A DNA stretch of 64,000 bases, taken from NCBI GenBank assembly GCA_951406725.2, contig OX597814.1:89094001-89158000 (forward strand), in the 5' to 3' direction. The stretch comes from Octopus vulgaris. Lineage: Eukaryota. Position 1 is the first letter of the stretch. Each line of letters begins with the position of its first letter. Below are positions 47,737 through 60,461 of this stretch, piece by piece. A program made the position numbers and the translations under genes. The notes under the pieces were generated by a model. It had not been told where the DNA came from. It saw only the letters and a list, made by a program, of their open reading frames with translations, and ran no database searches.

Positions 47737-48664
47737 GAAAAACTTCACTTTAAATAATATTTCTTTTATTGGCTTTATACTATTTCCATTTTCTTTTCTT
47801 AAAATATTTCAAGATACATCAAAGGAGTAGAAAACAAAAATTGCCTCCTGTGATAACTATACAAATAACATATTCTAAGTTTTCAACTAATAGAACTTTT
47901 CTCTCAGAACATTCAGTAAGCAGATTTGTTAGCATTATCTCAATAATGGTTGTATGAGTGCCAAAAAAAAAAGCACTAAGGTAAACTCACTGTGTGTTTA
48001 TGTTTCAACCTTGTAACAATATTACTTCTGTCATATCACTGATGTCATTAACATCACACAAATTCATTTCTCTATGGGTTTCAGACCTGATGCCTATCTA
48101 AAAAAGAAAAAGAATAGATATCTAAGCTATACAACTATTGTTTTGCTGTGATTTCTCTCACTTACTGAATTAACAGAAATTAATTGAATCTACAGTACAA
48201 TCATCATTAACTCTTTGCATGATTTGTTCTGCTTTCTATCCAAACTATTTATCATTAAAATACCTTAAGAGAGATAATAATTTTATAAAAACTAACTGGT
48301 GTGTTTAAACCATTTTTTTTACTCCCATTTTCTCAAAAGCAAAAAAAAAAATTTAAGATATTTTCAAAATTTTCCTAATGAAAGATAAAATGGTAATAAG
48401 GACATTAACAGAACAATGAGAAGACCAAGTTGTTGTAGGAATATCTCTTCCATTTCTTTGACTGTATCTGTAAGTTAAAGATCAACTGAGTAAAATGTGT
48501 AAATATATCCCTAATACTTCCTAAAAATCTAAAGAATTCTTTCTTGTAATATATAACCATATGAAGCTCAACTAATTGGCAAAATCAGTTTAAAATTGTT
48601 GTTGTTATTTATTATTATCACTATCAATTTCTTTATATAAATATATATTAACAAATAGATAAAC

Positions 48665-48710
<46 letters not shown>

Positions 48711-49144
48711 GTGTTGAACTGACAAGAACTAAAGTAACAAATGATACCTTCTAGTACTTTAGTTCGTTCCTCTACATTCTAAGTTCAAGTCCCTCCGGTG
48801 ACAAATTTTGCTTTCTTCCTTCCAGGCCAATAATAGAACTATTAGCATATAAGTACACTGTACTTCTTCAATATAAACTAGTATTCAATCAGTATATCAC
48901 CAATAATATTTTTTTACTTTAGTTATGCCCCTTTATATAATTAAATAACCTAGATTCATACAGTATTTCATTATTTCTCTTTTACATTCTATTATATCCC
49001 ACTGGGGCCCAGCTTTCCCTTTCATCCTTCCAGGGTTGATAGAAATAAAATATTTGTACTGCAGTTCATTTAATCAACTAACACTTCCCACTAAATATGT
49101 GACCCTGTGCTTATGCTAAAAATCATTATTATTATTGTCATTGC

Positions 49145-49191
<47 letters not shown>

Positions 49192-49854
49192 GGCAGCAAT
49201 TTGGTAGAATTAGAATCGTTACCATGCCAGGGAAAATGCTGAGCAGTGTTTCATCCATCTTTACATTCTTAGTTCAAATTCCGCCAAGGCTGACTTCGCC
49301 TTTCATCTTTTAGTGGGTTGATAAAACTGAGTACTGTGGTCGATATAATTAACTTGCCCCATCGCTTAAAACTTCAGGCCTTTTGCTTATAGTAGAAAAG
49401 ATTTTTTTTATTATTATTTTTATTAAACCTTATTTGCAGATTACTGCTTATTAAATAAGATATAATCAAAGGTATAGATATAAACCTTACACACTGACAC
49501 ACACACACACAAATTCCATGCACATACTTATACAGATATGAAAACATCAATGCTGCACAAATACTCACATACTTACACATACATACTATAATTTCTCCTC
49601 ATCCATATAAAGATTTTCATAATTTTTTTTACACATTTTTCTTTTTTGTTATCACTTGTATCATTCCTTTTCTTTTGGATATACTCCTCAGGTAGCATTT
49701 GATTGAATTTAATCTTTATTAGTTTCAAGTTTAATATTTTAATTAAAAAATACAAGCTCAATTAATAAAATTAACAAATTGATTTGATTTTTACTTTGAA
49801 ACAACTTGTAACATGTCTAAAGAAATCACATAAAACAAAAGTGAAATGATTCTG

Positions 49855-49896
<42 letters not shown>

Positions 49897-51079
49897 CAAT
49901 ATATATTTTTACAAAAAGTACACTTTGGTTTTTGTTTTTTTTTATATGCGTGTTGAATAAGTTTGTATAAGTTATGTATGATGAGAATGAAGTAGGCTGC
50001 AGAAATATACAAGAGTGGTCAAATTATCAAAGATGTCACATTTAGCAGAACAAAATACATTTAATTAACTAAAAAACATTATAGTTTTCTAAATAATGCT
50101 ACAGCATTAAATTTGAAACACTCTGGTTAAAATTTGAACTGGCCCTTATAAATTTTGAACCTCATAAAACACAGCATGCTATACAAACAAGCTCATCTAA
50201 TAAGAGTCATGAAACTTGTAGTAGCTTGCATTTAAATTCTCTCTATATCAAATATATATATATTTATGTATATATAAGGGTCAATAATTTCTGCTAGCAG
50301 AAATGACACTGTGCCAAAGAGAGCATTCAAAACTAAATGCAAAATTATTAAGTGAAATTTCCTCCTTTTTTTTTTCTGCTTCTGAATTTGATATTGCTTA
50401 ACATTGGTTGTAATACCACACAGACATTTTAACTCAAATCTAACCATATTCTTTGTGAGTTTCTCTATTAAATCACAGAAATTCACTAATATATATATAT
50501 ATAATTATAACAGCTTTGTTCTGTTAAAGGTTCACAATATGAAGCTTTGAAGAGATCAGTAAAGATGCTTTTATGTAAAAATCATCATACATTGCCTTAC
50601 ATTGTCCAGCTGAATCAATGCAATTTCTAAAAGAACTGATAATTCTTTATATTTTCATACAAAAATCTATGGGTCAACTGCATATTTTTATTGTTTACTT
50701 TGAAATAAATCCTTGTTTTTTTTTAAACATAAATTGTTGTCTGCTTTATTTGATAAATTATAAACAAAAACAATCTTATTGCAATCAATTTCACCCAAAA
50801 TAACAAACTATAATGTAGAAGAAACAAAGTAACAAAGTCAGTGAGGCACTAATAACAGGTCTTGAGTTTGAAAATTAATACATACTTAGTTCTATAAAAG
50901 TTCACCTTGTTCTTGTTGCAGCTGTGCCTGTATGTGTTGGTGCTGCTATTGCTACTATTGTTGTTGGTGATGGTGATGCTGCTACTGTTGTTTTTGTTCT
51001 CATCACCACTGTTGTTGTTACTGCTGTATACTGTTGTAGTGAAAATTCTAGTGTCTTTTATTATTTATTTTTTTAATAA

Positions 51080-51620
51080 GAGAATGCTCTTAAGTGGCCT
51101 TCTGCACTACACATGTCCATCTGCTCTCAACTGCAACATACAGCTCCACTCCATTGGGCAGATTAATAAGTTCTGTGATCATTTTCACATCCTCCAGTTG
51201 ATCCCAAATCAAAATTTCTTTTGCATTGAGAAGTATGCCAATGCTCTCCAAAGTAACACAAGCCAAAATTCACCTGATGCCCAACCCAAGTGGAACTCTA
51301 TTTTAATGCAACAAGTCCTTCTTAAATATGTTGAGTAGAGAGTGAGTTCCATGTTGCATATGGACACTTTGAAGTACTTTGGCATAAGGGCTTCACTCTT
51401 GAAGAGGACTTCCACCTGGGCATGTGTTGCTGCTTCTTGGCACTGGACTTTTGCCAACACACAATGATACACCACTGTCTTCCAGACAGCTGTGGCCAAA
51501 ACCACAGCTAGGCTGGCAACTTGTACTCTCTGCCCAGTTATCTTCACAAGCCATATCACCTGCGTTAGGCACACTTCCTTGTCAATTAGGGAAAGTGAAA
51601 AGTATTGTTTTGATTTCATC
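51080..51620 (-). mobile_element. Possible decayed non-LTR ORF1/gag remnant
   Basis: GC-richer island; minus strand ...LINLPNGVELYVAVESR.. followed by knuckle-like CSAEGHLRAF; frames broken. Confidence 0.35.
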
Positions 51621-52749
51621 ACTATTCCTACAAAAGATTACTTGCCTATAGAGTCCCCTTTACCACTTACTTTGTCATTTTTATTCTTGTTATTCCTGCT
51701 GTTTTTGTCATTTCTGTTGCTATCATCATAGTCGTCGTTGTTTCCTTCACTTTTGTATTTATTGCTACTGATACCGTTTGTTGCTTGTAATGTTAAAAAC
51801 TTTGTACTTAATTGTTGTCATTACATTTGCTGTTATTGTTGTAGCAGTTTATGCTATTGTTCCTGTTATTGTTGTTATAGTGCAAATGTTCTCTCATAAA
51901 ACTGGTACTTTCATGAGAAAATTTTCCTCCAACCACTTTGTTGAATATGACAATTTGTGTTACTACCACCATAATTCTAAATGAAAAAAAATAACACCTG
52001 CATTTTCGAGTAAAGTCTGGCAGTTTCCCTCTTCACCCAGTGAAGCAGGAGTCCTCATTTAAAATTTTAACCAAAATGTACAACAATAAACATTATTTTC
52101 AACAAAATTTTGCAAATCTTTGAAAGCTGGTACAATATACATTTCAACTGTAGTAGCTATATTGATCATAGGAATCATTTGAGGAATACTGATGTGCCTA
52201 TCTTTCTATATTACATCAATGGTCATTCTGACATTAATAAAGGAGATAATATTAGTAATAACAATACAATAATACCAAATCAAGTACCAGGCTTTGTTCA
52301 CTTTATATAAATACTAGTTTAACTATTGATAGGAAATATAACACTAATAGTACTGACAGTAAATGTTGTTTAATATGAGATAAAAAATAATGCCTCTGTA
52401 GAATTCCTGGTACATCTATCCTGTATGGTCATTGCTAGAGACATAGCATAGTATATAAATGTATTGTGCATTATACACAACAGAATTCTACTAATATTTA
52501 TATAGATGCATCAATTGACTTTAAGAGACAATTTCTATCCCATCTTCACTTGTTTGCTTCAGTAATACACTAAACTTCCACTTCATGAGCTAATCACATA
52601 GCCATCTTAATAACATTCCCTATAATATTACTTGGTCCATTATTAAAATGAAAGACCCAGTCAGAGCGGCAGGCAGATCTGCATGCAATCTCCGTTGCAC
52701 AGAGTTTGTCAATATCTTAAAGGAAAGTTCTTACTGTCTTCTCAACCAC

Positions 52750-52784
<35 letters not shown>

Positions 52785-53166
52785 GTTGTGTGCTGCTGTC
52801 TCCTACGATTTAGATTCCTAACTACTCCCACATTTTGCGGTGCAGTTTAACTAAAACCGGGTATCTTATAGTCGTGATTTATATCGAGCCCTTCTGGGTA
52901 TTAGCACGCGTCTACGGTGAGTCTATGATTTTAAAAAAAATTTACCATCAATTTTTCCCATTTTTAATGCATTTTTGGCATATATAAGGGAAGTAACTCT
53001 CTAAAAATTTATTATTAAATCTCAGAACGTAAAAAGCTACAGTAACACCCACCCCCCCCCCTTTGTGGTTAGCCATATTGAGATGGCTATTATACTTTAC
53101 ATCTCTAAAAATGCTTATATAGTTATTTCCCTTACAAACTCGAGCAACGCCAGGCGATACTGCTAG
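52750..53166 (+). mobile_element. Non-autonomous Helitron, same family
   Basis: Shared 5' body (GTCTCCTACGATTTAGATTCC...) and 3' end CGAGCAACGCCAGGCGATACTGCTAG. Confidence 0.82.
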
Positions 53167-53202
<36 letters not shown>

Positions 53203-53389
53203 TATAGTGAGAATTTACCAAAACAAAAACAAGACGAAGACAGGTGTGTAAACAACAAACAGATGTATTAGTTTAATGCTCAGGAAATGAGGTTTTTTAC
53301 ATTTTGAGCCTACACTCTTCAACAGAAAGAAACACAGAAATATGAAGAGAGAGAAAATAAAATAGGTTTAGTGGCTAGTGATCTATCAT

Positions 53390-54660
53390 GGCGAATATAT
53401 ATATATTAGTAAGTAGGAAGGCAGATAAATCACAAATCCCTTCAGGTAGATGGTCCTGCTCGATCTGTAGAAAAGGCATAGGTAGAAACTCAATAAGATG
53501 TACCCGGTGTAAGCTATGGACACATAAGAGGTGCAGCAATATCAAAGAAAGGCTAACTGGAAAGATAGTATTTGTGTGTGGCAAATTCTCAGGGATAATA
53601 AACACTGAAAATATGCTGAAAACAGCTTCCGTCACATGCCAGGAGAAAAACTAGGAGTAGTTGATAGTTTCCATTACCTAGGGGACCAAGTCAATAGCAG
53701 GGCTGGATGCTCTGAGAGTGTAGCTGCTAGAATAAGAATACTCTGAGCAAAGTTCAGAGAGCTCCTACCTCTGCTGATGACAAAGGGCCTCTCGCTCAGA
53801 GTAAAAGGTAGACTGTATGACACGTGTGCGAACAGCCATACTACATGCAGTGAAACATGAGCCATGACTGCTGAAGACATGAGTGAGCTTTCAAGAAATG
53901 AAGCTAGTATCCTCCACTGGATATGTAATGTCAGTGTGCATACACGACAGAGTGAAAGCACCCAGAGAGAAAAGTTGGACACAAGGAGCATCAGATGTGG
54001 TGTGCAAGAGAGACAACTGCACTGGTATGGTCATGTGTTGCATATGGATGAGGATAGCTGTGTGGAAAAGTGTCACACCTTGGCAGTAAAGGAACCTATG
54101 GAAGAGGTAGACCCAGGAAGACCTGGGATGAAGTGGAGAAGCACAACCTTTGAACGTTGGGCCTCATGGAGGTGATAACATGTGACCTTTAGAGATATGC
54201 TGTGCTTGAGAAGACCCAGCAAACCAAGTGAGACCATAACCATGGCCTACGCCAGTGCAGCATAACTGGCCCATTTAAGAGTACCCTTCAATCTTGGGCA
54301 ATAAACTGTAAAGACCAATTGAGTCAAGTGAAGCCATTGTCGTGGCCAATGCCAGCACCACCTGATTGGCACTCATAACGGTGGCACATAAAAAGCACTA
54401 TTTGAGCATGATCAATGCCAGTGCCGGCTGACTGGTCCCATGCTAGTGGCACGTAAAAAGCACCATTCAACTAACTGACCTTTATGCTGGTGGCATGTAA
54501 AAAGCACGCACTACACTCTTGGAATGGTTGGTGTTAGAAAGAGAATCCAGCTGTAGAAACTTTGAGCCTGGTGCTGCCTTCTGGCTTGCCAGCCCTCAGT
54601 CAAACTGTCCAGCCCATGCCAGCATAGAAAGCAGATGTTAAACAACAATGACAATGATAA
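53390..54660 (+). mobile_element. RTE-clade LINE 3' part with PHD-like finger, decayed
   Basis: CSICRKGIGRNSIRCTRCKLWTHKRC, then VDSFHYLG...ARIR...KFRELLPLL...KGRLY...SET, QLHWYGHV; 3' UTR ending CCATGCCAGCATAGAAAGCAGATGTTAAA. Confidence 0.85.
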
Positions 54661-54849
54661 TATAGAGTGCTGTGTTTAAATTTGACAATTTTTTATATCT
54701 TCTTTGTTCAGGGGCAGCTTGATGTATTGGTGAACAGTCAATGGTGTTGGAAAGCATAAAGATTAAAGTTATAGTTGAGAAAACGTTAGCTGACATGGAG
54801 GACTGGAAGCCATCTAAATATTGGAATAGAGTTACCTGTATCATAATGA

Positions 54850-55335
54850 TTTGCACCAGGTGCCAAAATACTAACACCATGACTGCCATTCAATGCCCTG
54901 TGAATGCTGTAAAGAAGGCCTTAAGTCATGACATAGATATTATGAAAACCAAGCCCCTCCAAACTATGATGGTCTTTGAGTGTGTCTCCAATGAAGGTGG
55001 CATCATTCTACTCCACATCTTTGAACAAGGCTTTAGACTCAATTCAGACAGTTATGTGAAGCTGCTGCAGAGGGTTGCTGTTGGAAAGCCAAATATGAAA
55101 TAGCAGAACTTGTTCTTTGTCACTTCTCCAGAAAAAGTCAGAAATGGTTATCAAATAATTTCTACGATTTTGCTTGCCTCAATTTCTGGCCCCCTAATTC
55201 TTCCAATTGCAATCCCATGGATTACTATGTGTAGAGTACATTTGTGACAGCAACTGCTCTTCCTGCAACACCAAGGCTGAGCCAGAGACTAAGGTCAAGG
55301 AGGTAGTCAAATGTCTTCCTTGGAACACAGTAAAC
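54850..55335 (+). mobile_element. Tc1/mariner-superfamily (maT/DD37D-like) transposase remnant
   Basis: MKTKPLQTMMVFECVSNEG...RLNSDSYVKLL, SQKWLSNNF...FWPPNSSNCNPMDYYV. Confidence 0.7.
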
Positions 55336-55584
55336 TGTTTCAAAAAATGATGTCTGATGAGGTAAATGAACAATAAAAATTTCGTTTCATTTCATTGCCT
55401 ATTACATATATTCTATTTATTGCATATCTATATATGTGGTATAGAATAAAAAATGTTTGTTTAGTGAAGTGAACATAACATCAATTTGAATTTCTCTTTT
55501 CAATTATCACATATTTATACATACATACACACATAACCACACACACTTCTGTGTGTGTGTGTTTCTCTGTGTGTGTGTGTGTGT

Positions 55585-55728
55585 TTTAAATAAAATAGGA
55601 CAACAAAGTCAAGGCAGTGTGAAATTTTTAGGACATTTATAAAGAGAAAGATAGTAAGACTACCTTTCTCTTTATAAATGTCCTAGAAATTTCATGCTGC
55701 CTTGACTTTGTTTTCTCATTTTATTTAA
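55585..55728. repeat. Fold-back hairpin (~70-bp arms, tiny loop)
   Basis: CAAAGTCAAGGCAG...TTTATAAAGAGAAAG / CTTTCTCTTTATAAA...CTGCCTTGACTTTG. Confidence 0.88.
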
Positions 55729-55739
55729 CATATACATGC

Positions 55740-56688
55740 TCACACGTGACCACCATTAGACTCCTCACTCATACTATTATCGAACCAAGAGTCTAACTAC
55801 GGTCCTTCTGTAGCACTTACATGGCTTTACCTGCCGTTTTGGGTCTTCTGGATACCAAAACCTCTCCTAGCTGTCCGGATGTTTTGCGTTCTTGTTCCAT
55901 TTATGTATATATATGTATATAAAGCGGTGTATGTACACTTTGCTCTTTTATATGTAAGCACACATTTTTTTAAATCTTGTATGACTGTATTTCTGACTAT
56001 CAGCCCTATCATGCTTATTCATTCATTCCACTTTTCGTTCTTTCGTTGTCCCCCTCTCATATTTCTTTGCCTTCTCCTCTTACTCACTTTCCCTCCACTT
56101 TTCACTTCACTGTGTCCCTGTTCTTTTTTCTCATCCCTTCTTAATTCTTCTGTCCCTCTGCTTATACTTCTCTCTCTTCTCTTCCCACATGACCATGCGG
56201 TCAGCCTAGCCTGTTCTTTCTTTTTTGGTCTGATCGCCGTCTGTGCAACATCGATATTCTTCCCTGTGTTTGTGAAATTTTTGTATCTCTGCCATAAGGC
56301 TTCATTTCCACATGCGCCAGCTTAATTCAATCCATCCTTAGTCAAAAGACACCTGTTGTTATGTCCTGTTATTATTGCTATTGTATTTATTATTGTATTT
56401 ATATTTGTGTAACTTTGTCCATTTTTTTCCGTCCTTGTTTTTGTATACATTCATTTCTTTCTTCCAAGGAATCTAATGCTCTTAACTTAGTTTTTCCTTG
56501 GGCTGGCCAGATTGGAGCAATCTCAAAAATAATCAACCAAAATGGTGAGGATAATCTGGTGCTTGACTAAGGATAGAGGGCGTCGAATGACCCATCTTTG
56601 TTTTCTTTGTATCATCTATCTGGATGTTTTGTTGTCCCTTTTTGTATCACCTAGCTGTCCGGATGTTTTGCGTTCTTGTCCCATTTTG

Positions 56689-56700
<12 letters not shown>
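55740..56700. mobile_element. Possible Penelope-like remnant with internal direct repeat
   Basis: CCTAGCTGTCCGGATGTTTTGCGTTCTTGT present at ~55866 and ~56650; flanked by (CA)/(TA) tracts. Confidence 0.4.
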
Positions 56701-56729
<29 letters not shown>

Positions 56730-58118
56730 TGAGTAACAAAGTGGTACAGGTGTCAATTCATTGCAGCCGTTTCTAATGACTTCTTTAATTGATTAATGAG
56801 AACATTACATCATTGCAAAAAAAAAACATTTTCTTTGAATTCATGATCTTCAAACATAAAGGACAGTTCAATTTATTCAACATAGTTAACAAATTCATGG
56901 AGTAAAAATATTTACATTGATTCTGCTAACATTCAGTTGGCAGAATGAACACATCAGAAAAGTGTATATTTGGTCAGACCTGACCAGGGATTTTAGGATT
57001 ATTTGAGTTTATAGTAGAGAGAGGAGATAATTGACCCAAGTGACCCAGTTATCGAAACTTCCAGCAATAGAGGAAAGATTGGCTCTGATCGGCTGGCTTT
57101 TTATCTCAAATAAGTTGTTTATGTGTACTGGTCAGTGATGAGAGAAGCAATTAATGCCAGGCCAGTCAACTAAATTATCAAAAGTGATGGGACTATATGT
57201 TGGCTTAATCTTTGCAAAATGGAAAAGGCATAAGGAAGTAATAATGGAGTGATTAATGGGAAGGGGATGATTGAGAGAAGTAAGAGACATACATAAGACA
57301 GACTTCTTTCAGTTTCCCCCTACCAAATTCACTCACAAGGTTTGGCTTTGGTCAGTGCAGGGCTATATCTGAAGACACTTGCTCAAGGTGCAATGCAGTG
57401 GAACTGAACATGAAACCACATGATTGGGAAGCAAACTTCTTACCACACAGCAATACCTGCACATCTCTCTCTCTTCCTCTCTCTCTCTCTCTCTCTCTGT
57501 GAGAGTGTGAGTGTGTGTGTATATATAAATATCTATATGCACACATACATTTATACTCACAACCACTTGCATGGATAATGATGTTGATGATGACATATGT
57601 TCATATATGTGTGTGTATTTTTGCATTCTTTTTATGCTATACTGGATCATAAAGATGGCTAATATTGTTAATAGTGTATCCTTTGGTATGCAAAAACTGA
57701 ACAGTTTGAAATTTGACAAATAAAGATTGTGGGGTCAATATGTTCAACCAAACTTTTGAGATGGTGCTTTAGCATGACCACAATCCAATGACTAAAACCA
57801 GTTATGTAAAAGTAAACAAAAAAAATTTTTTTATGAATTCTTTATCTTATAAAATATATTTATTTTTCTATATCAACAATAGTTGAAATACAACAACAAC
57901 TTTGAGATATTTTCTCTGTTGACAACTTTTTAGTGAATAGCTTTTCAAATACATTAAAAAGTTCCAAGCTCACTTTATACATGAGCGTTTTTATCAATAG
58001 AAAAGTTCTAATAGTTTTTTAGTTTTTAATTTCAGAACAACTCTGTGAATCATTTTTAATCAATGTTTATCATAATTCAGTAATTACTTCAGAAAATTTC
58101 TATAACTAAAAAGACAAT

Positions 58119-58274
58119 TTACATTTTAGAACTTCTCTGAAAAAAAGCTATGATGGCATTTGCACATTCTTTTGATTGCCACCTCTCAACTAAAAGCTTT
58201 CTCTCGTTTTCTTCAACACGGTACAGTAACTCCTTCTCGTTATTTCGACAGAGAACTTTAGAGAACTTCATACT
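58119..58274 (-). CDS. ECI2: Terminal coding exon of a peroxisomal enoyl-CoA delta-isomerase 2 (ECI2/PECI)-like gene
   Basis: Minus strand tttttgcag|SMKFSKVLCRNNEKELLYRVEENERKLLVERWQSKECANAIIAFFQRSSKM*. Matches the ECI2 C-terminal pattern (SK..R..E...L..RW.S.EC.NA...F..R.SKL) and ends in PTS1-like SKM. Upstream exons not found in the window. Confidence 0.82.
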   Translation of the reverse strand, partial: SMKFSKVLCRNNEKELLYRVEENERKLLVERWQSKECANAIIAFFQRSSKM

Positions 58275-58575
58275 CTGCAAAAATAAAGTAGATTTTGATC
58301 AGAAAATCATAAACAAAAATGGAAAAAAAATCTGAAAACAAAAACAAATGAAAGCATGGTATATTTTCATTTTACATTTTGCTGTATCAATGTGTTAGCT
58401 TAGCTGATGAGAGTTTCAGGGTTTGTATCTCACTGCAAATAGCTCACTATGACACTGACAAAAACACAAAATTTTCATTGGTTCAATTAAGCTTATGTCT
58501 GAATAGGTATTATGGATGCTTTGCTGTTGTTTAATCCCAGGACAGCCCTGATCAAGACTTATGATTATGGATGGT

Positions 58576-59779
58576 TATACAAAACTCAGGTGAAAAATTC
58601 ATAGGCTGAGATACTCTCATGGACATAATTCACCCTTGTGGTCCACACACTTCTACCTATTCAGACATAAGCTTTATTGAACTAACTGGTGATGCAGTTC
58701 TTGGATCCTGTTGGTGGAGAAGTTTTCATCCTGTTGGTCAAAAAAATCATTAACAGCAGATATATCACCTTCACTATAACACTAGTTCCTAGCCAACTGT
58801 TGAGGAACAGATGATAGTCAGATGGAACCAAATCAGGAGAATGGGGAGGATGATCAACCAGTTCAAAGCCACAGACATGCACAGCAGCCACTGAAACCAA
58901 GGACTTGCATATTGGAGCATTGTCCCAATTAAACAAGACACCTTTTGTCAGCTTTCCTGAGCATTTGGTCTTGATAGCCTTTCATAACAGCCTCAGCAAG
59001 TTAGTATAGCAATCTCCATTGATGGCATGGCCCTTTTGAAAATAGTCAATAAACACAATACCTTTTGCATCTCAAACCATGGCCTTCTTTGGAACAGGTG
59101 AGGAGTGAGGTTTCCACTGCATGGATTGCCTCATCCTGGCTTAGGAAACATTCAAGGAAACCAGCTGGATCTGCCTGAAACAATGTCAGATTTTCTTATG
59201 ATTTGGTCAGCCTGATGTGCTTTTGATCAGGTGTCAGAAGACATGGCACCTACCAAGCAGAAACCTTCATCATGCCAAGTTCACTGTGCAGAATATTCTC
59301 AAATCTCTCACAGGATATGCTAACAGCATTGGCTATTTGATTTATAATTGCCTATCATCCATCACCATATGTTGAACACAATGTTTTCCTCAGTGGTAGC
59401 AGTTACAGAACATTTGGACCTCAGGTTATCTTCATGACTTCTCTTTCCCTCCCAAATTTAACTACACGCCTTTGCACTGTTGATAAAGCTGGAGTGTCAT
59501 ACCCTAATGTAGTAACCATGTCAGCATGAATTTCCTTGAGGGCTAAACTCTTTTTCTGCAGGTACTTGATAACACCACGATGCCAAATTTTGTCAATTTT
59601 CAAGAGAAATTGCTACTAGTTACTTTTGAAGTTTTCTTTGAACAGTCACATGTCAGACTACCAAGAAAGAAACAATGCATTTATGAATAAGGAGAGTTGA
59701 AATTAATGCATACAAAATTTCACAGCTCTAGCATCACTCCTTCATAGTCAGGCTATGAACTTTTCAGTTCACCCTCATA
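58576..59779 (-). mobile_element. Near-full-length decayed mariner element
   Basis: N-term HRGVIKYLQKK...EIHADM; C-term WDNAP...HPPHSPDLVPSDYHLF; degenerate TIRs containing GAAAARTTCATAG at both ends. Confidence 0.82.
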
Positions 59780-59838
59780 ATTCACAGCCACATTTCCTTT
59801 TTGTCTGGATTTCCTTTTTATCATTGTCTTGTGAGAGA

Positions 59839-59871
<33 letters not shown>

Positions 59872-60361
59872 TGCATGTACGTGTATTTATGTGTGCGTGT
59901 GTGTGTATGTGTGTTCGCACACACATATATTAATATATACTAATAATAATTAAATAAATGTACATATCTAAATTATCATTAAAAATTATAAATTCAAATT
60001 TAACACTCAATAGTTATAAAGAATACAATAATATTTCTTAAATAAAAAAGTTTATTTATCTCTCGAAAAGCGTGTCATTAACTAAAACAATGAGTGAATG
60101 AATTATCCTATGTTTACCGTTAACATGGAAAATTAAATGAAGCGTTACCAGGGTAGCAAATTCACATCAGAAACATGCATGAAGCGACCTATCCACAGGT
60201 AGAAACTCCGAGTTAATGAGCAGTAATTTGTGTGTTATAGATGAATAAATAAATAAATGGAGTTGAACGAAGATGTTAATAAAATTCCTTTACTTTCGAC
60301 ATATGTTTCGAAGACAACATGGTTTTATTCCAATGGAATAAACGGTGTAAGATGCAATCTT

Positions 60362-60461
60362 NNNNNNNNNNNNNNNNNNNNNNNNNNNNNNNNNNNNNNN
60401 NNNNNNNNNNNNNNNNNNNNNNNNNNNNNNNNNNNNNNNNNNNNNNNNNNNNNNNNNNNNN
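60362..60461. other. Assembly gap (100 N)
   Basis: Run of n. Confidence 0.99.

Noticed and set aside
52600-52745. Short GC-richer minus-strand open frames as a possible exon
   Set aside because: No recognisable homology or convincing splice-site pair.
54350-54520. Spaced GTGGCACGTAAAAAGCACC repeats resembling a CRISPR array
   Set aside because: Internal repeats of the RTE 3' UTR in a eukaryote; irregular spacing and no cas genes.
56750-56820. Minus-strand TAATG...CATTA-GAAACGGCTG hammerhead-like stretch
   Set aside because: The CUGANGA half of the core cannot be assigned.
58400-58445. CTGATGAGAG hammerhead-like core
   Set aside because: No GAAA after the possible stem II.
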